Shown in pieces: positions 18,208-27,324 of a stretch of 64,000 nucleotides of DNA. A model generated the notes under the pieces. That model had not been told where the DNA came from and searched no databases. It was given only the letters and a program-made list of their open reading frames with translations. The position numbers and the translations under genes are program-made. Source of the DNA: Candidatus Aminicenantes bacterium (GTDB taxonomy: Bacteria > Acidobacteriota > Aminicenantia > Aminicenantales > JAFGBC01); contig OY969696.1 in the NCBI GenBank assembly GCA_963702005.1, forward strand, positions 2,656,001 through 2,720,000, in the 5' to 3' direction. Within the stretch, counting starts at the first letter, position 1. Every line of letters begins with the position of its first letter.

Positions 18208-19131
18208 ATGGTGAAGCCGATGGCTAAGTCAAAAGGCCGTTTCTCGGTTATTATCGTTCCCCACTCCAAGTCGAACACCCGGCGCTTCACGCTGTCCGAG
18301 CGGGCGTCCCGGATCTTGATGGGAGCCGCCGTCCTCTTCTGCCTGGCCATCGTCGCCTTCCTCGTCGACTATTTCACGATGACGGTCACCCGTGTCAAAT
18401 ACCACGATCTCCAGCGGCAGACCCGGCGTCAGGAAGAAACCCTGGCGACCTACCAAACCCAGGTCAAGGGCCTCCAGACGACCATCGATAAAATGGAGTC
18501 CTACGTCAAAAAGCTGAACGTCTACATGGGTCTCAAAGACACAGAGAAAATCACCGAGACCGGCTTGGGCGGAGGCGACGATCCCCCCCAGGATCTTGTG
18601 TCGGGCCCCTCGGAGGCTCCGTCTCCTCAAGAGCTAAGCCTTTCTCATGTTCAAGATTTGAGCCGGAAGGCCGACGGCCTTCAAAAGAACCTGATAACGC
18701 TGAGCGATATCGCCGAGAACAGGTCGGTCCAGCTGGCCTCGACGCCGTCGATCTGGCCCACCGTCGGGTGGGTTGCGGCGGGTTTCGGATACAGGACGGA
18801 CCCGTTCACCCTTATGCGGCAATTCCACTACGGCCTTGATATCGCCACGAGCTACGGAAACCCGGTCATAGCACCGGCCGACGGAATCGTCGTGGAAACC
18901 AAGAACGACCGAATAATGGGGAGGGCCATCGTCATCAGCCACGGTTGGGGCATCACGACCCATTATTTCCATCTCGACAAATGGCTGGTCCGTCCGGGCC
19001 AGAAGGTCAAGAGGGGCGACGTCATCGGCCTGGTCGGCAAATCGGGAAAAGCCACGGGACCCCACCTCCACTACGAGGTCCGCGTCAACGACAAGGCTCA
19101 AAACCCGATCACCTATATTTACGAAGAATAG
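18208..19131 (+). CDS. M23-family metallopeptidase
   Basis: N-terminal TM helix, coiled coil, HYGLD (HxxxD) and TGPHLHYEV motifs. Confidence 0.92.
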   Translation: MVKPMAKSKGRFSVIIVPHSKSNTRRFTLSERASRILMGAAVLFCLAIVAFLVDYFTMTVTRVKYHDLQRQTRRQEETLATYQTQVKGLQTTIDKMESYVKKLNVYMGLKDTEKITETGLGGGDDPPQDLVSGPSEAPSPQELSLSHVQDLSRKADGLQKNLITLSDIAENRSVQLASTPSIWPTVGWVAAGFGYRTDPFTLMRQFHYGLDIATSYGNPVIAPADGIVVETKNDRIMGRAIVISHGWGITTHYFHLDKWLVRPGQKVKRGDVIGLVGKSGKATGPHLHYEVRVNDKAQNPITYIYEE

Positions 19132-19175
19132 CCGCTTCAGGTCCCTTATCCCTCCCATTCCGACTCAGAAAAAGC

Positions 19176-19222
19176 TCAATCTCCTTCGCGGGATTCCAGG
19201 GACGTGAGTCCGTGGAGCTTCA
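19176..19222. repeat. hairpin repeat module B, copy B2
   Basis: TCAATCTCCTTCGCGGGATTCCAGGGACGTGAGTCCGTGGAGCTTCA; three substitutions relative to 8334-8376. Confidence 0.75.
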
Positions 19223-20152
19223 GTCGAACTTTGTGCCTGTCTCAATACGGTGCCCTCGCCCAAACGACACCGCTTCCATGGCCCGCCCGTTCTCGGCCTG
19301 GATCCTCCTGATCAGGTAAGAGGAATCTCCCCCGCAGCGGACGGCGATCCCTTCCTCCGACACCGCAAGGACCTCTCCGGCGGGGCCGGTCGACGGCGCG
19401 CGACCGAGCGGCCGGCCAGCATGGATGATGAGGCGCCTCTCCTTGAAACAGGCAAAGGCCGACGGCCATCCGGCGAAGGCCCTGACGCGCCTATCCACCG
19501 CCGCGGCGTCGGCTTTCCAGTCGATCCGGCCGTCTTCTTTCTTGATCTTGGGAGCGTAGCTGGCCAGGGCGTGGTCCTGGGGTACGGGTTGGATCCGGCC
19601 CAGCCCATCCAGGGTCTTCATCAGAAGCTCGGCCCCGATCTCGGCCAGCCGGGCCTCCAACTCGAAGGACTTTTCGCCCAGGGCAATAACGACCTCCTGT
19701 CTCGCCAGGACGGGCCCTTCGTCCATTTTCTCGTCGAGCTCGAAAATCGTGATTCCGGTCAGCGTCTCGCCGTTGAGGATGGCCCATTGAACCGGCGAGG
19801 CGCCGCGGTATCGGGGCAGGAGCGAGAAATGGACGTTGAGGGAATGATGGGGCGGGAGATAGATAACCGGGGCGGGCATGATCTGACCGAAGGCGACGAC
19901 GACGATCAGGTCGGGCCGCGCCTCCCGGAGTTTTTCGAGGGCCGACGGATCTTTACGGATCTTCTCGGGCTGGTAGACGGGAAGGCCGCGTTCGAGGGCG
20001 AACGTCTTGACCGGGCAGGGAGTCTCCCGCCGTCCGCGCCCCGAAGCCCGATCGGGCTGGCTGACGACGAGAGTCACCTCGTGGGCCGAGGCGACCAGCT
20101 TCCTCAGGCTGGGGAGGGCGGAGGCGGGGCTCCCGAAAAAAACGATTCTCAT
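19220..20152 (-). CDS. fmt: methionyl-tRNA formyltransferase
   Basis: Start MRIVFFGSP (ATGA overlap with def); SQPDR, NVHFSLLPRYRGASP and MDEG motifs. Confidence 0.95.
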   Translation of the reverse strand: MRIVFFGSPASALPSLRKLVASAHEVTLVVSQPDRASGRGRRETPCPVKTFALERGLPVYQPEKIRKDPSALEKLREARPDLIVVVAFGQIMPAPVIYLPPHHSLNVHFSLLPRYRGASPVQWAILNGETLTGITIFELDEKMDEGPVLARQEVVIALGEKSFELEARLAEIGAELLMKTLDGLGRIQPVPQDHALASYAPKIKKEDGRIDWKADAAAVDRRVRAFAGWPSAFACFKERRLIIHAGRPLGRAPSTGPAGEVLAVSEEGIAVRCGGDSSYLIRRIQAENGRAMEAVSFGRGHRIETGTKFD

Positions 20153-20664
20153 CGGTCCGCGTCTTTGTCCCGTTTCCTCTTGAGCCTTTTCTTGATGAGG
20201 GCCCGCTTGAGGGGCGAGAGCCGTTCGATGAACAGCTTCCCGTTGAGGTGATCGATCTCGTGGCAGAGGACCCTGGCCAGAATTTCGCGCCCCTCGACCG
20301 TTACGGCAACGCCCTCGAGGTCGAGGCCTGTGACGACGACCCGGGTGGGGCGGGCGACCGGCTCGGAGATGCCCGGGACGGACAGGCACCCTTCCTCGCT
20401 GGTTTCTTGGCCTTCCTGGGCGACGATTTCCGGGTTGATCAGGACCATGAGCTCCCCGGGACTCTCGCCCGCCGAAATGTCGACGGTTATAAGACGTTTT
20501 GAGACGTCGACTTGGGGCGCGGACAGGCCGAGCCCGGGAGCCTTGTGCATGGTTTCGATCATGTCCCGCGCCAGCGCGCGGATCTCATCATCAATTCCGG
20601 TGATGGGCTCGGCGACCCTGGTCAGGGTCGGGTGTCCGATCGTCAGAATTTTTCGCAGTGCCAT
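20149..20664 (-). CDS. def: peptide deformylase
   Basis: GLGLSAPQ, EGCLS and HEIDH motifs. Confidence 0.96.
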   Translation of the reverse strand: MALRKILTIGHPTLTRVAEPITGIDDEIRALARDMIETMHKAPGLGLSAPQVDVSKRLITVDISAGESPGELMVLINPEIVAQEGQETSEEGCLSVPGISEPVARPTRVVVTGLDLEGVAVTVEGREILARVLCHEIDHLNGKLFIERLSPLKRALIKKRLKRKRDKDADR

Positions 20665-20684
20665 GGAAGTCCTCTCAATGGGTT

Positions 20685-20713
20685 ATTTTAGACGATGCGC
20701 AGACGAGGGTCAA
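20685..20713 (-). promoter_or_regulatory. sigma-70-type promoter for def-fmt
   Basis: Minus strand TTGACC-17 nt-TAAAAT. Confidence 0.6.
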
Positions 20714-20802
20714 ACCCAAGCGTAAAACGGGTTCGGGCCCGAATTCCAGCGCAAGGCCGACCCTCCCTGCGGAAAGCCGGCCTTGGGACTTGCGATACGC
20801 GG

Positions 20803-22848
20803 CTAAATAACGGCCGAAGGCGGCGGAGGCTCGTCGGCGGCCCCGGCGTTCCGGAGCGGCTTGTAGATGAGATAGAGCGCGATCAGGACGAGGACGGCGA
20901 GCCCGCCGAAGTACCGGTCGAAGCCGCCGAAATAGCTCGTGCCCTTGAAGATCTGGGGGATGTCGAACTTGAGGGCATTTTGGAGGAAGAGGAATTTCCA
21001 GAGGGCGCGCAGCAGCCCGGTCAGGCTTTCGCCAGCGATCAGTCCGGCCGCGAGGAGGATGCCGATGTTTTCGGTCCGCGCCTTTTGGGCCGCATTAAGT
21101 CCCCTCTTAGCGGCGAGCTTGTCGACGATCCCTTTGAACATGCCGCCGACGAAAATGGCGAAGGTCGTCTCGAGCGGGAGGTACATCCCGACCGCAACCA
21201 GCATAGGCGATCGGACCTGGATCAGGATAAAGGCGAAGCCCATCAGCATGCCGACGATGACGAGCGGCCAGGCCATCTCGCCGCCGACGATGCCCTGGGC
21301 GAGGGCCGCCATCAATCCCGCCTGGGGGGCGGAGAGATCCTTGCTTCCGAGCTCGAAGGCGCCGATCAGGAGCATCAAGGGAAAATAGAGGACCAGGGAG
21401 GCGATGAGGATGCCGAAAATATTGCCGACCTGCATCTTCCAGGGCGTGCCGCCCAGGATATGCCCGACTTTGAGGTCTTGGAGCATCTCGCCGGCGACGG
21501 CCGAGGAGACGCAGACGACCGCGGCCACGCCCAGGACGGCGGCGACTCCGCTCGTTCCGGAAGCTCCGACAACGACCATGAGGAGGGCGGCGATAATGAG
21601 CGTCGATAACGTAAGACCCGAAATCGGGTTGTTCGAAGAGCCGATCGTGCCGACCAGATTCCCCGACACGGCGGCGAAGAAGAATCCGGCCAAGGCCATG
21701 ACGATGGCCGCGATAACGGCCGGACCGAGAGCGCCGGCGAAAATCCGGTAGACGAGAATCATGAGGACGAACGTCAGTCCCAGCCCGCCCAGGACGACCT
21801 TGATGTTGAGGTCTCTTTCGAGCCGGGAGGTCGTTTCGGCCTGCCCGGCGGCCTTCTTGACGTCGCCCAACGATCGCTTCATGCCCGCCGCCAGGTTTTT
21901 CCTCATTCGGTACAGGGTGTAGCCGGCGCCGACGAGCATGCCGCCGACCGCGATCGGACGGATGATGAATTTCCAGACGTTGGTCACAAGGTCCGGCCAG
22001 GCGACGTCGGCCATGGCGACGCCCGGGCCGTAGAACTTGGCTATGAGCTGCGGGCCGAGGAAGAACATGAGGAGGGGGGCGAACAGACCCCAGGCCAGCA
22101 CGCCGCCCGCGAAGTTGAGGGAGGCCAGCCGCGGGCCTATGATGTAGCCGACTCCGATATAGGCCGGGTAAATGCCGGGCCCGGAGACGGCGACCGTCCC
22201 GCCCGCCTCGATCTTGGGCGAGTTCTGCTCGGTTCCGAGGCGCACGAAGCTCGATGCGATCGTTCCGATCTTGATGATGAAATCCTTGGTCTGGGCATAG
22301 AGCTGGGCGACGCCCAGGGCGTAGAAGACCGCCCCCAAGCCCATCGCCTGGAAAAGGTGCTTGGCCCCCGCGCTGCCTTTCTGGCCGGCCTTGTGGATCT
22401 CGGACGCGGCAACCGACTCCGGGAAGGTCAGGTCGGGATCGCTGACCATGACCCGGCGCAGGAAGGTGACAAACAGAATTCCGAGGACGCCGCCCACGAA
22501 CAGGAGGGCGGACGTCTTGAGGTAGGCCTCGACGGTGTTGAATTTCACCCAGACGCGGGCGATCAGGAAGGCGGGTATGGTGAAGATGGCGCCCGCGGCC
22601 ACGGACTCGCCGATCGAGCCGACCGTCCGCGCTAAGTTTTCTTCAAGGATCGATCCCTTGAAGATCCTGAGAACGGCCATGCCGATGACGGCGGCCGGGT
22701 AGGTCGCCGCGATCGTCATCCCGGCCCGGAGACCGAGATAGGCGTTGGCGGCGCCCAGGATGACCGTCATGATCAGTCCGATCAGGAGGGCCCGTAGGGT
22801 GAACTCCCTCATCTCGGTTTTCTCGGGAACGTACGGCTGATGCTTCAT
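20803..22848 (-). CDS. oligopeptide transporter, OPT family
   Basis: Start MKHQPYVP with AGGAG RBS; NAYLGLRAG, SSNNPISG, QDLKVG and APQAGLMA motifs. Confidence 0.92.
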   Translation of the reverse strand: MKHQPYVPEKTEMREFTLRALLIGLIMTVILGAANAYLGLRAGMTIAATYPAAVIGMAVLRIFKGSILEENLARTVGSIGESVAAGAIFTIPAFLIARVWVKFNTVEAYLKTSALLFVGGVLGILFVTFLRRVMVSDPDLTFPESVAASEIHKAGQKGSAGAKHLFQAMGLGAVFYALGVAQLYAQTKDFIIKIGTIASSFVRLGTEQNSPKIEAGGTVAVSGPGIYPAYIGVGYIIGPRLASLNFAGGVLAWGLFAPLLMFFLGPQLIAKFYGPGVAMADVAWPDLVTNVWKFIIRPIAVGGMLVGAGYTLYRMRKNLAAGMKRSLGDVKKAAGQAETTSRLERDLNIKVVLGGLGLTFVLMILVYRIFAGALGPAVIAAIVMALAGFFFAAVSGNLVGTIGSSNNPISGLTLSTLIIAALLMVVVGASGTSGVAAVLGVAAVVCVSSAVAGEMLQDLKVGHILGGTPWKMQVGNIFGILIASLVLYFPLMLLIGAFELGSKDLSAPQAGLMAALAQGIVGGEMAWPLVIVGMLMGFAFILIQVRSPMLVAVGMYLPLETTFAIFVGGMFKGIVDKLAAKRGLNAAQKARTENIGILLAAGLIAGESLTGLLRALWKFLFLQNALKFDIPQIFKGTSYFGGFDRYFGGLAVLVLIALYLIYKPLRNAGAADEPPPPSAVI

Positions 22849-22904
22849 CCGATACTCCTTTGCGGGAAGTAATGCCTTATGTATATTCAATTTCCACGAT
22901 TAAA

Positions 22905-23020
22905 GTCAACCCCTCGACACCCATACTAAGCCGTTTCCGCCTTAGTATGAGTACTGCAAGGCTGGGCTCCGATTTTTAGCCCCGCCTTTCAGGGCGGGGT
23001 AGCGTCGGCGAACGGGTCAA
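22905..23020 (+). repeat. composite hairpin repeat element, copy A3 (shorter interior)
   Basis: GTCAACCCCTCGACACCCATACTAAGCCG...CTTAGTATGAGTACTGCAAGGCTG...CCCCGCCTTTCAGGGCGGGG...GCGTCGGCGAACGGGTCAA; both ends match 2407-2590. Confidence 0.8.
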
Positions 23021-23099
23021 GCCGTCTCGAGACCGCTGAGCGTTTGCGTCAGGGGGCGAATTATGTTAGTAATAGTCGGGTACGGACGGCAGAAACAAC

Positions 23100-24131
23100 A
23101 TGAGTGTTATCGGCTGGTTCAAGAACAGATTGTTTTGCGACTTGGCCATCGACCTGGGGACGGCCAACACGCTCGTCTACATGAAGGGAAAGGGCATCAT
23201 CGTCCAGGAGCCGTCGATCGTCGTCGTCAACAAGCTGACCGGAAAGGTCGAGGCCGTCGGCCAGCGGGCCAAGGAGATGCTGGGCAAAACGCCGGCCAAC
23301 ATCCTGTCCATCCGGCCGATGCGGGACGGCGTCATCGCCGATTTCGAAATCGCCGAGAAGATGCTCGACTATTTCATCAAGCAGGCGACCAACAACCGCG
23401 GCTTTCTGCTCCGGCCCCGGATCGTCATCGGAATCCCGACCGGGATCACCCAAGTCGAACGGCGGGCCGTCAAGGACGTCGCCATGCGGGCCAAGGCCTC
23501 GGAGGTCTACCTGGTTGAACAGCCCATGTCGGCGGCCGTCGGCGCCGACCTCCCCATCTCGGAGCCGACCGGCAACATGGTCGTCGATATCGGGGGCGGG
23601 ACGACGGACATCGCCGTCATATCTCTCAACGGCATCGTCTTCAACCATTCGATCCGGATTGCCGGGAACGAGATGGACGAGGCCATCATCCAATTCCTCA
23701 AGAAGAAATACAACCTCCTGATCGGGGAGCGGACGGCCGAGCAGGTCAAGATCCAGATCGGGTCCGCCTACCCGCTCGACCAGCCCCTGACCATGGAGAT
23801 CAAGGGCCGGGACCTCCGCGAGGGCATCCCCAAGACGATCGTCGTCGATGACCAGGAGATTCGGGAGGCCCTCGAGGACGTCATCGCCTCCATCATCAAC
23901 GCCATCCGGATCGCCCTGGAAAAGACGCCCCCCGAGCTTTCGGCCGACATCATCGACCACGGCGTCATCCTGACCGGGGGCGGGTCCCTCCTCAAGAACA
24001 TGGACAAACGGATCCGCGAGGAGACAAAGCTGCCCGTCTTCATCACCGAGGACCCCCTGACGACGGTCGTGCTCGGCGCGGGAAAGATGTTGGACAACCT
24101 CGATCTCCTCAAGAAGATCGCGATGTCATAG
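23100..24131 (+). CDS. mreB: rod shape-determining protein MreB
   Basis: IDLGTANT, DIGGGTTD and LTGGGSLL motifs. Confidence 0.97.
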   Translation: MSVIGWFKNRLFCDLAIDLGTANTLVYMKGKGIIVQEPSIVVVNKLTGKVEAVGQRAKEMLGKTPANILSIRPMRDGVIADFEIAEKMLDYFIKQATNNRGFLLRPRIVIGIPTGITQVERRAVKDVAMRAKASEVYLVEQPMSAAVGADLPISEPTGNMVVDIGGGTTDIAVISLNGIVFNHSIRIAGNEMDEAIIQFLKKKYNLLIGERTAEQVKIQIGSAYPLDQPLTMEIKGRDLREGIPKTIVVDDQEIREALEDVIASIINAIRIALEKTPPELSADIIDHGVILTGGGSLLKNMDKRIREETKLPVFITEDPLTTVVLGAGKMLDNLDLLKKIAMS

Positions 24132-24176
24132 ACCGCGGGGCCCCCGTTCGGACCCCGGGAGCGGCGTGAACGCGGC

Positions 24177-25028
24177 ATGCCTCTTGCGCTGAGAGTCAAA
24201 AAAAAGCCCTGGCTGCTCGTCGGTCTGCTCGTCGTCCAGCTCCTCCTCATTTCGCTCCAGGTCCCGGTCGGGGCTAAGGTCTCCTTGTTGAATAGGATGA
24301 TCTTCTCCGTTTTGTCCCCGATCCAACACGGCCTGGCCTCGGCCGTCGGCGGCGTCCGAGGGCTCTGGATCCAGTACGCCTACCTCCGTCAGGTCCAGCG
24401 CCAGAACCAAGACCTCCACCGGGAGCTGTTCGTCCTCCGCGAAGAGAACCAGTTCCTACGGAATTGGCTGGGCGAGCTGAAATCCGAGAAGGACATCCGC
24501 GAGGCCGCCGCCAGCTGGCGCAACGACCTGGAAATCGCCTCGGTGATCGGGATGGACGCGACGAACGTCTTCCGGTCAGCCGTCATCGACCGGGGAACGG
24601 TCCACGGCCTCCGCAAGGACATGCCGGTCCTGGACCGGAACGGATGCCTGATCGGACGAGTCCTCGGCCCCCTGGCAGATCGGGAGGCCCACATCCAGCT
24701 CATCACGGATTCGGAATGCGGCGTCAGCGTCCTGGCCGGGTCTCCCGCCGCCGTCGGTGTCTTGACGGGATTGGGCAACGGGATGTGCGAGCTCAAATAC
24801 ATCCTCGACTCGGGCCCGCCGTTGTCGGTGGGCGACGAGATCCTGACTTCGGGCCTGGATGGCCTTTATGCGCGCGGGCTTCGGGTGGGCGCGGTCATCA
24901 GCGTCAAGAAGGATGCGACCCTTTTCCAAAAAGTCCGGGTCAAACCCTTCTTCGATCTCGCCGGACTCGGTCGGGTCGCCGTCCTGAAGCGTCCGGCCCG
25001 GGATTTTTTCAGCGAGGAGAAGCGATGA
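24177..25028 (+). CDS. mreC: rod shape-determining protein MreC
   Basis: TM helix, coiled coil, IDRG, GLIGRV-like and TSGLDG motifs; operon position. Confidence 0.92.
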   Translation: MPLALRVKKKPWLLVGLLVVQLLLISLQVPVGAKVSLLNRMIFSVLSPIQHGLASAVGGVRGLWIQYAYLRQVQRQNQDLHRELFVLREENQFLRNWLGELKSEKDIREAAASWRNDLEIASVIGMDATNVFRSAVIDRGTVHGLRKDMPVLDRNGCLIGRVLGPLADREAHIQLITDSECGVSVLAGSPAAVGVLTGLGNGMCELKYILDSGPPLSVGDEILTSGLDGLYARGLRVGAVISVKKDATLFQKVRVKPFFDLAGLGRVAVLKRPARDFFSEEKR

Positions 25029-25516
25029 CGACCCGGGATATCGCCGAAAGCGCGGCCGGACTCATCGTCGGGTTCGCCGTCTATGCGCTGCTGGGACGGA
25101 TCGCCCCAGCCGGCCCTCTCGTTTTCAACGTCTTCATCCTCGTCGTCGTCTATTTCGCCATGACCCGGGGCGAGGCGGCCGGAGCCGTCATGGGCGCTGC
25201 CTGCGGACTCGTCCAAGACGCCTTCTCGCGGAGCGTCCTGGGGATTTCGGGGATCGCCCTGACCCTGATCGGCTATCTGGCGGGGAAATTTTCTCAGAAG
25301 TTTGACGTGACGCCTCTGCGCAGGCTTTTTCTTTTCCTGTTCACGGCCGCCGTCTCCGAGCTTGCCATCTGGATGGTCCTGTCGAGCCTCATCTACGCCC
25401 AGCGGGCCGAAACCGCCGGCGCCCTCCTCTTTCTCCAGCCTCTGAATACGGCCCTAGGGGGCAGCCTCCTCTTCACCTTCATCCGGCGCCGCCGCGAGAG
25501 GCGCGCCAAGGCATGA
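25025..25516 (+). CDS. mreD: rod shape-determining protein MreD
   Basis: Start MTTRDIA (ATGA overlap); hydrophobic, with GLVQDAFS motif; lies between mreC and mrdA. Confidence 0.85.
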   Translation: MTTRDIAESAAGLIVGFAVYALLGRIAPAGPLVFNVFILVVVYFAMTRGEAAGAVMGAACGLVQDAFSRSVLGISGIALTLIGYLAGKFSQKFDVTPLRRLFLFLFTAAVSELAIWMVLSSLIYAQRAETAGALLFLQPLNTALGGSLLFTFIRRRRERRAKA

Positions 25517-27324
25517 ACATCCCCGATACGGAACGGATCTACGAGGACCTGACCCTCGTCTGTAAACGGTCTAAGATTATTTTTACGATCGTCAAGGTCC
25601 TGTTCGTCACCGTGCTTGTCCTGTATTGGAAGATCCAGATCCTGGATCACGCCAAGTACTGGAAATTGTCCGAGGCCAACCGGACCCGCGAGGTCGTCCT
25701 GAGCGCTCCGCGCGGGCTGATCCTGGACAGGAACGGCGTCAAGCTCGCCGACAACGCCGCCTCCTTCACGGCCTCGATCGTCCGCGACAATGCCGCGGAC
25801 CTCGACGCCTCGATCCGGCGCATCGGCGATTTGCTCGAGCTTCCGGCCGAAACGATCAAGGCCCGGATCGAACGCTACGGATCGCTGCCCGGTTTCAAGC
25901 CTGTCCCGGTCAAGGACAACCTGACCATGGAGGAAGTCTCGCGGATCGAGGCCCGCAGGCTCGAGTTTCCCGAGCTCCAGGTCACGGCCGAGCCCAAACG
26001 GATTTATCCGAACGGAAGCTTGGCGGCCCACGTCCTCGGCTACCTTCAGGAATTGACGCTGGAGGAGCTGAGGTCCAATCGCTTCAAAGACAGCCAGGCC
26101 GGCGACCTGGTCGGACGGAACGGGATCGAGCGCGAGTACGAAGGACGGCTGGCCGGCAAGAAAGGCCGGATCCTGGAGATCGTCGACAGTTTGGGAAAGC
26201 CGAGCGGAGAGTCGGCGCGGGAAGAGCCCAAGCAGGGCGAAAGCCTGACCCTTTCGGTCGACCTTCGCCTTCAGAAGGCCGCCGAGGATCTCCTCCAAGG
26301 CAAGGAGGGCGCCATCGTCGTCCTCGACACGACCTCGGGCGAGATCCTGGCCATGGCCAGCTTCCCGACCTTCGACCCCAACAAATTCATCAACCGCTTC
26401 ACGACGGATGAATGGCTGGCCTTGGTTCGGAGCCCCCAATACCCGCTCGAGAACCGGGCCATTCGGGGTCTTTACAGCCCGGGTTCGGTCTTTAAGCCGG
26501 TCATGGCCATCGGCGCCCTTGAGGCCGGCTTGATCACCGAAGACACGATTTTTCACTGCAGCGGAAAAACCGAGATCTACGGCCATCCCTTCGCCTGCTG
26601 GTTCAAAGGAGGCCACGGCTCCCTGAACCTGCTCAACGCCATCCGTTACTCCTGCAACATCTATTTCTACAACGTCGGCCGCCGGCTGGGAATCGAGGAC
26701 ATCGCCGCGACGGCCGAAAAGCTGGGCTTGGGCCGGAAAACGGGGATCGATCTTCCCGGCGAGAAAGAGGGTCTGGTGCCCCAGCCGGACTGGAAAAAAA
26801 AGACCCGGAACGTGGGCTGGTACGCGGGCGAGACGATCTCGGTGGCCATCGGGCAGGGCCCCCTGTTGGTGACGCCGCTCCAGATCGCCTCCTACACGGC
26901 GCTCCTCGCCAACCTCGGGCAGCCCGTAATCCCCCATCTTATCCGGGAGCGCGCTCTTCAAACCGGCGGGGCGCCTGCCGATTCGCTCGAGCGGCCCCCC
27001 CGGGTCGCGATCCGGCCCTCCAGCTTTGAGTCGGTCATCGAGGGCATGTACCGTTCGGTGAACGAGGAGGGGACGGGGCGGGCGGCCCGGGTCGACGGCT
27101 TCGATGTCTGCGGCAAAACGGGATCAACTCAGCTCATCAGCACTGAAAAAGCCGAAAAACTCAACAAAACGATCAAGACCCATTCCTGGTTCACGGGTTT
27201 CGCACCGCGCCGGAACCCCCGTATCGTCGTGACCGTCCTCGTCGAGTACGGCGGCATGGGCGGCGCGGCCGCCGCCCCGCTGGCCAAACCCCTGTTCGAA
27301 ATTTTCAGGTCCGAGCATGATTGA
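25513..27324 (+). CDS. mrdA: penicillin-binding protein 2
   Basis: APRGLILDRNG; SxxK (SVFK), SCN and KTG motifs. Confidence 0.95.
   Translation: MNIPDTERIYEDLTLVCKRSKIIFTIVKVLFVTVLVLYWKIQILDHAKYWKLSEANRTREVVLSAPRGLILDRNGVKLADNAASFTASIVRDNAADLDASIRRIGDLLELPAETIKARIERYGSLPGFKPVPVKDNLTMEEVSRIEARRLEFPELQVTAEPKRIYPNGSLAAHVLGYLQELTLEELRSNRFKDSQAGDLVGRNGIEREYEGRLAGKKGRILEIVDSLGKPSGESAREEPKQGESLTLSVDLRLQKAAEDLLQGKEGAIVVLDTTSGEILAMASFPTFDPNKFINRFTTDEWLALVRSPQYPLENRAIRGLYSPGSVFKPVMAIGALEAGLITEDTIFHCSGKTEIYGHPFACWFKGGHGSLNLLNAIRYSCNIYFYNVGRRLGIEDIAATAEKLGLGRKTGIDLPGEKEGLVPQPDWKKKTRNVGWYAGETISVAIGQGPLLVTPLQIASYTALLANLGQPVIPHLIRERALQTGGAPADSLERPPRVAIRPSSFESVIEGMYRSVNEEGTGRAARVDGFDVCGKTGSTQLISTEKAEKLNKTIKTHSWFTGFAPRRNPRIVVTVLVEYGGMGGAAAAPLAKPLFEIFRSEHD

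Noticed and set aside
20750-20785. GC-rich hairpin after the OPT gene as an ncRNA
   Set aside because: Single copy with no family motif; simplest reading is a terminator or stabilising stem without a clear U tract.
2407-23020. Hairpin repeats as a CRISPR array or tRNAs
   Set aside because: Copies are dispersed with no repeat-spacer periodicity, no cas genes are present, and there is no cloverleaf or T-loop consensus.
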